The position numbers and the translations under genes were made by a program. From Spirochaetia bacterium UBA5763 (GTDB taxonomy: Bacteria > Spirochaetota > UBA4802 > UBA5550): DNA of 64,000 nucleotides. Numbering within the stretch: the first letter of the stretch is position 1; the number at the start of each line of letters is the position of its first letter. Of this stretch, positions 39,426-49,244 are shown piece after piece. A model generated the notes under the pieces. The model was given only the letters and a program-made list of their open reading frames with translations, did not search any database and was not told the DNA's origin. The stretch lies in contig DIEX01000011.1 of assembly GCA_002418835.1 (NCBI GenBank), positions 40,435-104,434 on the forward strand, given 5' to 3'.

Positions 39426-40075
39426 TTACTCACCCTGGTATAATCTACAAGAATATACCTGCTCTTACCTTTTTCGGTTACCTTCTGAAGTGTCGCTTTC
39501 ATTTTATCTGTTATCTGCGGGACATCATCAGGGGAAGCTTTTTTCCATACATTCTCATTTGCATGAGTGTCTCCGGCCCATCCTGAACCTGCGCTGTAGA
39601 CATTCACTGTTGCGGTGAATATATTACCGCCATTATCGTAGAGGCTCGCAATCTGCGAAAAGTCGAACTCCTCTCCGGACGCATCAGTTGTGTAATACCA
39701 TCCGTCTTTGTAGTCAATACCGCTGTCTGCAATGGACTGGTGCTTTGTAATCTTTTTACCGAAAAATTTCATTACTGTCTCATCGATGTACGAGGCCTTG
39801 ATCTTCACCTGATATTCCTTGCCGCCCTTTGTAAAACGCTTTTCATTGTTCCTGTAATTGTGATAGATACTGAATTCAATGAGTTTAATATCGCTGATTT
39901 TATCCTTCGCGAAAGGTTCGACAAAGACTTCAGAGAAATTACTGAAGAAGGTATTCAGTTCCTTTTTTTCCTTCGGGGTGAGTTTTACTTCTTTGCCGGG
40001 GGTCTGGGCGAAAGCAATTGATGCTGCGAATGCTAATATAAGTAATATACCTGCTGTATTTTTAAATTTCATCAT
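39422..40075 (-). CDS. Hypothetical secreted protein
   Basis: 217 aa with signal peptide MMKFKNTAGILLILAFAASIAFA. 4 nt overlap with the downstream lipoprotein gene. Confidence 0.45.
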   Translation of the reverse strand: MMKFKNTAGILLILAFAASIAFAQTPGKEVKLTPKEKKELNTFFSNFSEVFVEPFAKDKISDIKLIEFSIYHNYRNNEKRFTKGGKEYQVKIKASYIDETVMKFFGKKITKHQSIADSGIDYKDGWYYTTDASGEEFDFSQIASLYDNGGNIFTATVNVYSAGSGWAGDTHANENVWKKASPDDVPQITDKMKATLQKVTEKGKSRYILVDYTRVSK

Positions 40076-40178
40076 AGGTATTCTCCTTAATATTTCAAGA
40101 TCAAGACTATTGCACTTCTATGAGCATAAAAACCACTTCTGCTTACAAATAGCTACTACAAATCCATCTGGATACAGT

Positions 40179-41390
40179 TTAATACGACCGGATAGCCCTG
40201 ACAAAACGCTTATATCCGCTATAACCTTTGTCATTTGAACCCTGAACGCCGCTATTCCACTCAAAACCATGGAGCCACACCATATTGTAATTCATCTCGG
40301 AAGAACTGTAATGAAAATTCGTTGTGCCATAACCGCTGAGAAGGCCCTGTTGATACAAATTTGTGTAAACTAAATGCAGTTCTTCTTTTGACGGCAGAAA
40401 CCAGTCGCTCTTACCGTTATTGCTGTATGCTGTGCATTTTGCAGCAGCATATTCCGTCTGCAATGGATCATTTACCTGGGCAATAATCGCAATCGTGTTT
40501 GCTTTTCCCGTACCTACAGCTGCTCCTGTTGTTCCGATCAATGTACTAATTAAAGAACTGATTGTCCACATATAGTACCCCTGATCAGCCGGCGCTGCTT
40601 CAAGATACCTCCAGTCACCATTGGGATCTCCTGTTGTATACACACCCCTGTCATAAAAAACCAGTCCGCCGCCGGGTCCTGTGTAGCCGCATGTTTTTAA
40701 ACTAACTTCATCTCCATAAGCAGTGCTTCCGGTTGAACTTGTTGCATATGCCCTTACATAGTAAGTAGTACCACCTTTCACAAGACCAGTTATACTACTG
40801 GTAAAAGTTCCTGCACCTGAACCATCTGAAGTCTTTGAATCACTTATTGTCGGATTATTGCTGGTACTCCAGCAAACACCACGTGAGGTGATTGATAAAC
40901 CGGCATCATCTGTGATATTTCCACCGGCAGTCGCACTTACAGAATGAATATCTGTAACAATGGTTGTCGTTAAAGCAATTTCCCTTGGAATTGTAACAGT
41001 AAAACTGTATATAACAATACTCTTTCCGTTACCTGATACAACCTTAATCTCATATTTTATAATCTTATTTGTAGCACTCTGTAACCCGGTTACTGTTTGG
41101 GCACCTATCAAGTCAGTCCAAGCTCCTCCATCTATCCTGTAAAACATTATCGCATCAGATTTAGCCGGTACTGCAGTAATAGTAAGAGTATCTATTGTCG
41201 AACCTTCGGTAACAGTATAACTTGTCACTCCCCTATTAAAAGCAGGACTTAGACTCCCTATTGATACAGTCACATTCTCGAGTGCAGCCATCCCGACATT
41301 TATATCATTTATCATATCATCAAAACCGGCTTCACACCCTGCCAGAAAAGAAGTGAGTATTATCAGCATTATCATTTTTTTCAGTTTCAT
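40179..41390 (-). CDS. Surface lipoprotein with cadherin-like beta-sandwich and DUF1566 (Lcl C-terminal-like) domains
   Basis: Lipobox FLAGCEA. Beta-sandwich motif LSPAFNRGVTSYTV. Gly/Ser/Thr-rich repeats. C-terminal DWFLPSKEELHLVY matching the DUF1566 'WRLPT.EL' core. Confidence 0.55.
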   Translation of the reverse strand: MKLKKMIMLIILTSFLAGCEAGFDDMINDINVGMAALENVTVSIGSLSPAFNRGVTSYTVTEGSTIDTLTITAVPAKSDAIMFYRIDGGAWTDLIGAQTVTGLQSATNKIIKYEIKVVSGNGKSIVIYSFTVTIPREIALTTTIVTDIHSVSATAGGNITDDAGLSITSRGVCWSTSNNPTISDSKTSDGSGAGTFTSSITGLVKGGTTYYVRAYATSSTGSTAYGDEVSLKTCGYTGPGGGLVFYDRGVYTTGDPNGDWRYLEAAPADQGYYMWTISSLISTLIGTTGAAVGTGKANTIAIIAQVNDPLQTEYAAAKCTAYSNNGKSDWFLPSKEELHLVYTNLYQQGLLSGYGTTNFHYSSSEMNYNMVWLHGFEWNSGVQGSNDKGYSGYKRFVRAIRSY

Positions 41391-41401
41391 CTTCAGTGCT
41401 C

Positions 41402-42808
41402 CTACAATTCAAACTTTAGACCGATACTAATAAAGCCCTCATAAAACGGCTTCACGCCTGAACTCTCATATAAAAAACCATAATCCGCTCCAGTAGAGAG
41501 AAACAGATTTTCACCTTCAATAGCCAATGCAAGCCCGGCTGCAGCTACAGGGTCAATTACTGCCTTATCTTTTTCCCCTTCGAGGCCTGTATATTTTACC
41601 ATGGAATAAGACTCACCTATCTTAACAAAAGGAAAGAAGGAAAACCAGTCACCAATACCCAGATGATAACCGGCATAAACTGAAGCAGTAATCATGGTCA
41701 TACTGTCAGTATTCTCCTCATCTTTCCCTTTAAATACGAAGTATCCGGAATTAATTCCCGCTTCAAAATTCTGAAACATAAAATTGCGTAATCCGATATT
41801 TAACATCCCGCCGTACCCGGGACCGAACATCTCACCCAAATCCCCTGTAAGGACAAAAGTAGATGGCGCTACTGACACAACAAGCTGCATCGGCATAGAC
41901 ACCCTTACTTTCTCTGATTCACTCCCAAGGTCATCCTCAGCAGTAATTTCAATTTTATAAACAGAAACATTATCAGGAACTGTGTACTCAGGCCTTTTCA
42001 CAGTTGCAATTTTACTTTTGCCCTTGTCATCAATATTGTATATATTATATACTTTAACTTTGCCATCATTGTCTTTAGATTCATCCCATCTTAAACTGAT
42101 CCTGCCATTATCGGACTCGCGTGTAATCCCCTTCGGTTTATCCGGCGGGAGGTTTTTTGTTTTAAACTTCAGTTCATTACTGGGTTCAGATTCATTCCCC
42201 GCTGAATCAATTGCTGTTACAATCATGAAGTATTCAGTATTGCTGCTGAGATTTTTTATAGTAAGTGAAGTTCCGCCGGTTGTATCTGCGGGTTCATATT
42301 TATCTGACTGTTTCTTCTTTATAAAAAGTTTGTACTTCTTCACAGGATCATAAGGAGGGAGCCACTTAACGCTTACCCTGTCGGTTCCGATCTCACCATC
42401 AGGCTGAAGTCCTGAAGGATTCTTCTCTGCCATAAAGAGTACTTCATTTCTTTTAAGTGTAAACTCTTCAGGGCTGTACAGCTCCTTCCTGAATGTGTAG
42501 CTCTCCCTGTCCTCATCAACAAGGTGTGCAACTATACCCTTCCCGTCCCTCTTCTGAACATATATCTTCCCGAGTTTAAGTTCGGTATAGAGTATGCGCA
42601 TAATATCGGTGCGTTTAATCTGCCTGCTCATTTTTTCATGAGTGCGTATTGTAACTGAACCCGCACCATCCGAGATTATGCTTCCTTCAACAATCGATCC
42701 GTCTTTTAAGAATACAGCTTCAGCCACAAGAGGGGTTTCCTGTAGGACAGCTAAACACACAGATGCTGCAACCAGCACAGAGAGCCTGATAAACTTTCCC
42801 GGTTTCAT
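41402..42808 (-). CDS. Secreted FN3-repeat protein with a C-terminal beta-barrel-like domain (putative outer-membrane-anchored surface protein)
   Basis: Signal peptide, two fibronectin-III-like modules (…TAIDSAGNESEPSNELKFKT), then an aromatic-rich segment of alternating hydrophobic residues ending GFISIGLKFEL. Confidence 0.5.
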   Translation of the reverse strand: MKPGKFIRLSVLVAASVCLAVLQETPLVAEAVFLKDGSIVEGSIISDGAGSVTIRTHEKMSRQIKRTDIMRILYTELKLGKIYVQKRDGKGIVAHLVDEDRESYTFRKELYSPEEFTLKRNEVLFMAEKNPSGLQPDGEIGTDRVSVKWLPPYDPVKKYKLFIKKKQSDKYEPADTTGGTSLTIKNLSSNTEYFMIVTAIDSAGNESEPSNELKFKTKNLPPDKPKGITRESDNGRISLRWDESKDNDGKVKVYNIYNIDDKGKSKIATVKRPEYTVPDNVSVYKIEITAEDDLGSESEKVRVSMPMQLVVSVAPSTFVLTGDLGEMFGPGYGGMLNIGLRNFMFQNFEAGINSGYFVFKGKDEENTDSMTMITASVYAGYHLGIGDWFSFFPFVKIGESYSMVKYTGLEGEKDKAVIDPVAAAGLALAIEGENLFLSTGADYGFLYESSGVKPFYEGFISIGLKFEL

Positions 42809-43091
42809 AATTACTTCCTTAAAAACTTTTCTTTATAAAAAAGCCGATAATAACTTTTTCATGAACACTAATGATGCACCAATTCCATATATAGAACACA
42901 AATAAGCATACACACACTTCAATCGAGCATCGAAGACAATAATCTTTTGATTTATACTATGATTTAATAATTCCCGTCGACCAGATTTATAAATATAGAC
43001 GCATCAGAATTTTGCACCTGCACCGATTATTGGATAGACAGGATGTTGATGTCTTATAGAAGTGATGAAACTATGAATTATTAATATCCGA

Positions 43092-44189
43092 ATGATTGAG
43101 AGCATAATAAAATACAGTGAGTTTACATGCGGCATAGTACTGTCGCTCTTTGCTCTTATACAGATTACATATAAAAACCGGCAGTTCATAAACTTCAATA
43201 TAGCGGGACTCTACTTCTGCCTCTCCTATGTAATACTTTCGCTCTGGACATTTAAATCAGGAATCATATTTTATGTACCATGGCTTATGTATACAGATAT
43301 TACAGCAGCTTATGCTATCGGCCCGTTTGTTTATTTTTACCTGAGAACAGTGATGGGGTATAAAACAAAGATCGACCGCATGTATCTCTTTCACTTTATC
43401 CCGGCGTTTGTTGTGTTTGCACTGATTGTAACCAACAACATTGTTAACGATTCCTTCATGTTGTATTACAGAGCAAATCCTTCAGCATACCCTGTATACA
43501 ACCTGAACCCTGTTGTGAGAGCTATTGATTTTATATCAAATTTTTACATGTTAACCTATCTCATAGCAGCAACAAAAAATATACGTATATACCTGAGAAA
43601 AGGAAACCATAAACAGGCGGATGAACTGCAAACCTTATTATATTACATGTTCTTCATTCTCCTGTTCAGCCTGATGATGATTACTGCAAACATAACAGGG
43701 AGCAGCGTGCTCAATATCACAGCAATATACCTCCTGACTCTTGCGGGCTTGTGGTACTTCATATTCAGTTTCCGCAACCCGGAGTTCACTCAGAAGGCGA
43801 TTAAAGAAGCGAAAATTTTAAGATATGAAAACTCAATGCTCAGCGGGGTTGATGCAGATATTGTACTCCAGAGGCTTGACGACCTTATGAATGAAGAGAG
43901 AATATACATAGACTACGAACTGACGCTACCCCGGCTAAGCGAATACCTGATGGTCACACCACACCAGATGTCGAAGATCCTGAACTCCAGGCGTAAAATG
44001 AACTTCAGAACACTGGTAAACTCCTACAGGGTAAAGGAATCGATTATACAGATGGCTGAACACCCCGAAAAGACCATACTTGAAATCGCCCTTGCAAGCG
44101 GATTCAACTCCAAGTCTTCATTCAACTCTGTGTTCCTTAAATCAACAGGGAAAACACCGAGTGATTACAGGGAGAGTCTGAAAGAGTAA
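43092..44189 (+). CDS. Membrane-embedded AraC-family transcriptional regulator, paralogue of 34622-35716
   Basis: 365 aa with the same architecture (polytopic N-domain, GVDADIV linker, HTH_AraC LTLPRLSEYLMVTPHQMSKIL...ASGFNSKSSFNSVFLKSTGKTPSDYRE). Confidence 0.75.
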   Translation: MIESIIKYSEFTCGIVLSLFALIQITYKNRQFINFNIAGLYFCLSYVILSLWTFKSGIIFYVPWLMYTDITAAYAIGPFVYFYLRTVMGYKTKIDRMYLFHFIPAFVVFALIVTNNIVNDSFMLYYRANPSAYPVYNLNPVVRAIDFISNFYMLTYLIAATKNIRIYLRKGNHKQADELQTLLYYMFFILLFSLMMITANITGSSVLNITAIYLLTLAGLWYFIFSFRNPEFTQKAIKEAKILRYENSMLSGVDADIVLQRLDDLMNEERIYIDYELTLPRLSEYLMVTPHQMSKILNSRRKMNFRTLVNSYRVKESIIQMAEHPEKTILEIALASGFNSKSSFNSVFLKSTGKTPSDYRESLKE

Positions 44190-44209
44190 GACTCTCCGCA
44201 AAAAATAAA

Positions 44210-44230
44210 CGGGCGTCATATTGACGCCCG
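44210..44230 (-). terminator. Terminator hairpin between the convergent AraC and FecR-like genes
   Basis: CGGGCGTCA-TAT-TGACGCCCG stem followed on the minus strand by TTTATTTTTTGC. A second hairpin GGAGAGTC..GACTCTCC at 44171-44197 spans the AraC stop. Confidence 0.45.
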
Positions 44231-44260
44231 GCATAAGAATCATAACTTTTTATCTTAATT

Positions 44261-45163
44261 TTATCTTACGTCTGTTCTTCTTACATCCTTTGCTTTGATC
44301 GCAACTGGCCCGTTTGTTGTAAGCACCCTGTAGCTTTCTCCGCGTGAAACAATAATTCCCTGTATGGTTCTTCCGCTGTAAAGAGTAATCAAATCAATCC
44401 TGCCGTATTTAGCTTTCATCTCAGCGGGAGTGAGACCGGTCTCTTCTTTAATCTGCTCGTTAATGTCCACTTCTGTTTTCTCTATCTCATTAAATATCTG
44501 TTTCAGTTCATCCGGAGTCTTTTTTTCAACTTCCGGAACCACCGGGGTCTTCTCAAGTTTTGAAAGCTCAAGAGTTTCAACTTTATTTATTTCACGCAGT
44601 TCAACAAACTCTTTCTCAGTTTCAACAACGGCGCTGTTACCCTTCTCTACCAGCTTCTCGTCTGCGGCACCGGCAGTTCTCTTCACATTTACTACCCCTT
44701 TACCAACAGCAACAATCGATTTAGTCCCTGTAAACTCTGTTAAAAACTGTGTTCCCCTGACAGACGCAACAGCTGTCGGGGTCTTTACTGCATAACCGTG
44801 ACCCTTCTGAAGTTTCTCAACACTTGAGAGCACCCTCCCTTTATTAAGCGAAATCTCCCGTTTAGTTATATCAGTTATTGATGACATTACGGCTTCTGTG
44901 TTAGATTCAAATCTTATTACAAGGCCGTCACTGCTTTGAAGTATCAGTGCTGACTTCTCCCCGATTGTAAAAATATCCCCTTCCTGTGCTACGCTCTTTA
45001 CCTCTACCGGAACCGGTGTACCGCTTCTCGTCTGTGTCACAGAACCGGTAAAAAAAGATACAAAAATCTCCTTCTTTGTCTCTTTTGCGCATGAGATAAA
45101 CATTGCTGCGGCAGTTACCGCGCCAATAAGAACTGCCCTTTTCAATATTTTTTTTGAATTCAT
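44261..45163 (-). CDS. FecR-domain lipoprotein
   Basis: Signal peptide/lipobox FISCA. FecR-like central region (GDIFTIGEKSALILQSSDGLVIRF...GHGYAVKTPTAVASVRGTQF). Confidence 0.55.
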   Translation of the reverse strand: MNSKKILKRAVLIGAVTAAAMFISCAKETKKEIFVSFFTGSVTQTRSGTPVPVEVKSVAQEGDIFTIGEKSALILQSSDGLVIRFESNTEAVMSSITDITKREISLNKGRVLSSVEKLQKGHGYAVKTPTAVASVRGTQFLTEFTGTKSIVAVGKGVVNVKRTAGAADEKLVEKGNSAVVETEKEFVELREINKVETLELSKLEKTPVVPEVEKKTPDELKQIFNEIEKTEVDINEQIKEETGLTPAEMKAKYGRIDLITLYSGRTIQGIIVSRGESYRVLTTNGPVAIKAKDVRRTDVR

Positions 45164-45388
45164 TTTCTGCTCCTTATAATCAAAGTTGTCTTTTTCTGAA
45201 TAATAAAAAATTCAGTCAATATCACCACATTGCAGACGCATATTAAAGTGTGATATATGCAGGATACAGTACAGTATGATTTATTTTTTTCCGTGAGTCA
45301 ATCGTTTTTGGGATGCAAAAGACTGGAACTGAGAAAATCCGCTCCGGCAGAAAAATCACAAGAGCGGATTTAAGGGAGTTACAAAGTA

Positions 45389-47419
45389 TCAGACCCTGAA
45401 AAAATCGACCCTGTTCTTTAAAATATCAGACAGAGATGTAATCTCTTCGGCCATGGATGCCATCTCTTCTGCTGCACCTGCGATAGACTGCGTCATCTCG
45501 TTAATGCCCCCCGATGCCCGCACAATCTCTTCTGTGGATATTCTATGTTCATTTGTTGCGTTCTTAATCTCTTCTGTTTTTACACTTACAACATCCGATA
45601 CATCTGCAATGCCGTTCCGTGCCTCAATCTGCCTGTTCATGAATCCGGATACTTTATTCATCATCGCCATCACCTGCTCAACGCCATGAATGATTACTCC
45701 GAAAACTCTTACAGCTTCATCAACTCTTGAACTTCCGTTTTTAATCTCCGCTTCATTGGACTTGATAAGCCTGTTGATGTCCTTGATGCTCCCCGCAGTC
45801 TGATCTGCAAGTTTTGATATTTCGTCAGCAACTACAGCAAAACCTCGCCCCGCATCACCGGCCCTTGCGGATTCAATAGCGGCATTAAGTGAGAGGAGAT
45901 TTATCTGTTCAGATATATCATTGATTATCTTAATAATATTGTAAACCTGCGATGAACTGTCCTCAATCTTGTCCATGCTCTCTGTCATTGAACGGAGAGA
46001 ATTCTCCCCGTTACGCGCTTCGGAAGTCATCTTTACACCGAGACTTATGGACTCATCAATACTGAAGCTTGTTTCGTTTATCAGATCTGAAAGCTCACTT
46101 ATCCTGTTGATCAGGGCTTTCATACTTTCAGCCTGTACTTTTGTGCTTTCAGAGATCATCTCCATACCGGCAGAGAGCTCCTCTGTTGTGGCATTAACCT
46201 CCTCTATTGAAGACGCCTGGGACTGCGAATTATCTGAAAATATCCCCGTTGCCCTGTTAAGTTCACCGGCCATATTGTTCAGCTCCACTGCGACCTTTTT
46301 TATATCAACAACAACATTCTTTATCTTTTCAACAAACTTATTAAAATTACCCGCGAGTCTTCCGATCTCATCTTCCGAAACTTCATTAATACTCACGGTC
46401 AGATCCCCGTCACCTTCGGCAATCTCCTTAAGCCTTCTGTTAACCCTGTTAAGTCTCCTTATCACAGCGGAACCGAGAAATATACGCACTCCGAGAACAA
46501 ATCCTGCTCCCGACAGACATATCACAATTGACAGATAGAGGAGAAGCTTATTAATAAGTCCCCGTATTACACCTGCTTCACGTCCTATAAAAAGCATACC
46601 GGAGATTTTCTTCTCTGTATCAACAATGGGGATGTAGGCCGTATAATACCGCAGGCCCTGAATCATTGCATCACCATAATATATGGCGCCATCTTTCAGC
46701 ACTCTGTCTGTAATGGCATCTATACCTAATTTTGTGCCTATAATTCTTTTACCGTTTAAATCTTTAATTGTTGTGGAACTTCTGATATCTTTATGAAATA
46801 CTGTTACATGACAATCAAGGAGATCCTTCTGCCTGTCCACAAAGCTGTCGCCGCTTAACACATATCCCATAGAGATTGCTCCGATAATCCTTCCCCCTCT
46901 ATCCTTAAGAGGAGCCCCGGCCCTTATTGAGAATTTAACCACTTCCCCCTCTTCCACAGCGACACTGCTCTCCCCTTTCAATGCTTTCTGAATATTCACC
47001 TGATTATTTATATTGTCTCCGAATTTCTCCGGTGAATGAGCTCTTGCAAAAACATCACCATTTATATCAGCAACAACAAAGTAATCCAGCCCCAACGACT
47101 TCATCGCAGCCTGGCCAATTCTTACTGCCGCACCCCTGTCCTTTCTGCTGAAAGAGTCAATCAGTTCCGGTGATGATTTGAAAAGCTCTGTCGAATCGAG
47201 AGCCTGTTTCTGCATATTATCCACATTGCGGATTATAATCTGCGATTTATCTTTCACCTCTAAGGCTATATTATCACCAAGCACCTTTTTTATTACAAGC
47301 ACCATGCTTATTGATACAATCAGCAAGAATATTATAAAAAAAAGAATTCCCATAAATGTAAACTTCCTGGAAATCTTCATGTTAAGAAGAATAGAATTTA
47401 ATTTTCTCATTACAATCAC
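45389..47419 (-). CDS. Methyl-accepting chemotaxis protein with a Cache-type periplasmic sensor and HAMP
   Basis: 676 aa. TM helix, ~270 aa extracytoplasmic domain, second TM helix, HAMP, and the conserved MCP signalling hairpin ([31 protein letters not shown]). Confidence 0.85.
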   Translation of the reverse strand: MIVMRKLNSILLNMKISRKFTFMGILFFIIFLLIVSISMVLVIKKVLGDNIALEVKDKSQIIIRNVDNMQKQALDSTELFKSSPELIDSFSRKDRGAAVRIGQAAMKSLGLDYFVVADINGDVFARAHSPEKFGDNINNQVNIQKALKGESSVAVEEGEVVKFSIRAGAPLKDRGGRIIGAISMGYVLSGDSFVDRQKDLLDCHVTVFHKDIRSSTTIKDLNGKRIIGTKLGIDAITDRVLKDGAIYYGDAMIQGLRYYTAYIPIVDTEKKISGMLFIGREAGVIRGLINKLLLYLSIVICLSGAGFVLGVRIFLGSAVIRRLNRVNRRLKEIAEGDGDLTVSINEVSEDEIGRLAGNFNKFVEKIKNVVVDIKKVAVELNNMAGELNRATGIFSDNSQSQASSIEEVNATTEELSAGMEMISESTKVQAESMKALINRISELSDLINETSFSIDESISLGVKMTSEARNGENSLRSMTESMDKIEDSSSQVYNIIKIINDISEQINLLSLNAAIESARAGDAGRGFAVVADEISKLADQTAGSIKDINRLIKSNEAEIKNGSSRVDEAVRVFGVIIHGVEQVMAMMNKVSGFMNRQIEARNGIADVSDVVSVKTEEIKNATNEHRISTEEIVRASGGINEMTQSIAGAAEEMASMAEEITSLSDILKNRVDFFRV

Positions 47420-47641
47420 CGGTTATATTATATTCTTTATATTTTTTTTATATGTTTAAAAATATTAATTTTCACAGAGAGTAAAAGTCAATTCAATAAA
47501 CAGTCCAGCCGGATTGAAGACTCAAAAAAAACAGTGAACAACGTTCCGTACTGATCAATTTCAATTAAATATACATTTATAAAATGAACAGTATGGTAAT
47601 TATAGTGGTAAAAGCTTAACGGGGATTATTGAAAGAAATTA

Positions 47642-47821
47642 TCAATTGGAGGCCTCATTCTCAGGGGAAAACATCAGACACCCAGCTGGCGTATCTTCAT
47701 TGCGTTTAACGGTAACAATGAGGCCCTGGAGATCGTGATTGTCCTCATGCTTCACACAGATTATCATGTCATCAAAATGTGTCAGGTAAAACCTGCATTT
47801 CATACATTCATGTATATTCAT
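47642..47821 (-). CDS. Possible small ORF (59 aa) in the MCP upstream region
   Basis: MNIHECMKCRFYLTHFDDMIICVKHEDNHDLQGLIVTVKRNEDTPAGCLMFSPENEASN. GGGAAG lies ~9 nt upstream. No recognisable family. Confidence 0.2.
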   Translation of the reverse strand: MNIHECMKCRFYLTHFDDMIICVKHEDNHDLQGLIVTVKRNEDTPAGCLMFSPENEASN

Positions 47822-48048
47822 TTTTATTTCTTCCCGTTTCAGATCCGGTTTATTCCGCAGTATTAATATAATTTTTTATTTTTATGACTTAACAGTCAAC
47901 CTATTTACAGTAGTGTAATAAACGTCCTGATACGGGTGAATATTATTAATGCAAATTCATTTTTTCAGGTAATTTTTATCCTTGTAATAAAGATGTCAAT
48001 AAAATATCCGGAATTATATTGGCAGGGAATCAGCATCAGGAGTTTTAT

Positions 48049-49230
48049 ATGAAATACAGATTTGATAATGTTATAGACCGGCATGGCACAGGCTGCGAGA
48101 AGTGGGATATGTGTGACCGGATTTTCGGAGGAGAGGATCTTCTCCCTTTATGGGTTGCTGATATGGATTTCCAGTCGCCGCCGGAAGTAATTAAAGCTCT
48201 TGCGGAGAGAGCAACGCACGGAATATTCGGCTACACAGCATATACAGATTCAGCATATGATTCTCTCATTCAATGGTTCAGCAGAAGGTACAGTTGGAAT
48301 ATTGACAAGGAGTGGATTGTCTACTCGCCTGGAGTTGTTCCGGCCCTGAGCCTCCTGGTGCAGTCACTTACAGAGCCCGGTGAAGGTGTAATTATTCAGA
48401 GGCCTGTATACCACCCCTTCATGCATGTGGTTGAGGGCAACGGGAGAAAGCTCCTTAATTCACCCCTCAGACAGAACAGTGACGGAATGTTTGTCATGGA
48501 CTTCGATGATCTCAGGGAGAAAGCATCCGACCCATCCGCGAAGATGATGTTCCTATGCTCACCGCACAACCCTCCTGGAAGAGTATGGAGTAGAGAGGAG
48601 CTCGAAACTCTTGTAGACATCTGTGCAGAGAAAAATTTAATAATTGTTTCTGACGAGATACATTGCGATCTGACCTATAAAGGGGTAACCCACATCCCGC
48701 TCCCCCTTGTAAAACCGGAGTATTCCGGCAGAATCATTACATGCACGGCACCAAGCAAAACTTTTAATATTGCAGGTCTTCAGCTCTCCAACATTATTAT
48801 ACCGGATAAATCTCTTCGTAAAAAATTCAGGCAGGCACTGATGAAAAACGGCATGATTGATCCCAACTCCTTCGCGGCAGTCGCAATGGAAGCCGCATAC
48901 ACTCACGGAACTGATTGGCTCGATGAACTGATGGATTACGTTAAAGCAAACCTGGAATACATGAAGCACGCCTTCCGGAACTCTCTGCCGCAGATCAAAG
49001 TTATTGAGCCTCAGGGTACATACCTTGTATGGACAGACTTCAGGGGATTCGGTCTCAACTACAAAGAGCTTCTGAGAATCTTTATTGAAGAGGCGAAAGT
49101 GGCTCCCGGTCAGGGAAACATCTACGGTCAGGAGGGTGAAGGGTTCATGAGATTTAACCTCGCCTGCCCGGGATCAATACTTGAAGAAGGGATTGAGAGA
49201 ATAATCAGGGCATTTACTAAATACATTTGA
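48049..49230 (+). CDS. PLP-dependent C-S lyase / aminotransferase (PatB/MalY family)
   Basis: N-terminus MKYRFDNVIDRHGTGCEKWD typical of MalY/PatB, and an aminotransferase class I/II fold with the PLP Lys in the SKTFNIAGL context. AGGAG RBS (the ORF-track upstream extension lacks one). Confidence 0.8.
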   Translation: MKYRFDNVIDRHGTGCEKWDMCDRIFGGEDLLPLWVADMDFQSPPEVIKALAERATHGIFGYTAYTDSAYDSLIQWFSRRYSWNIDKEWIVYSPGVVPALSLLVQSLTEPGEGVIIQRPVYHPFMHVVEGNGRKLLNSPLRQNSDGMFVMDFDDLREKASDPSAKMMFLCSPHNPPGRVWSREELETLVDICAEKNLIIVSDEIHCDLTYKGVTHIPLPLVKPEYSGRIITCTAPSKTFNIAGLQLSNIIIPDKSLRKKFRQALMKNGMIDPNSFAAVAMEAAYTHGTDWLDELMDYVKANLEYMKHAFRNSLPQIKVIEPQGTYLVWTDFRGFGLNYKELLRIFIEEAKVAPGQGNIYGQEGEGFMRFNLACPGSILEEGIERIIRAFTKYI

Positions 49231-49244
49231 TATCTGCCGGATAT

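Noticed and set aside
44171-44197. GGAGAGTC-(11 nt)-GACTCTCC hairpin spanning the AraC stop as the AraC terminator
   Set aside because: No U-tract follows on the plus strand. The adjacent hairpin at 44210-44230 is the better terminator, and is oriented for the minus-strand gene, so this one is kept only as a note.
45336-45370. AATCCGCTC-(17 nt)-GAGCGGATT hairpin downstream of the MCP gene as terminator
   Set aside because: The long loop and absence of a U-tract on the minus strand make this weak. It may still be a structural element, but it is not reported as a feature.
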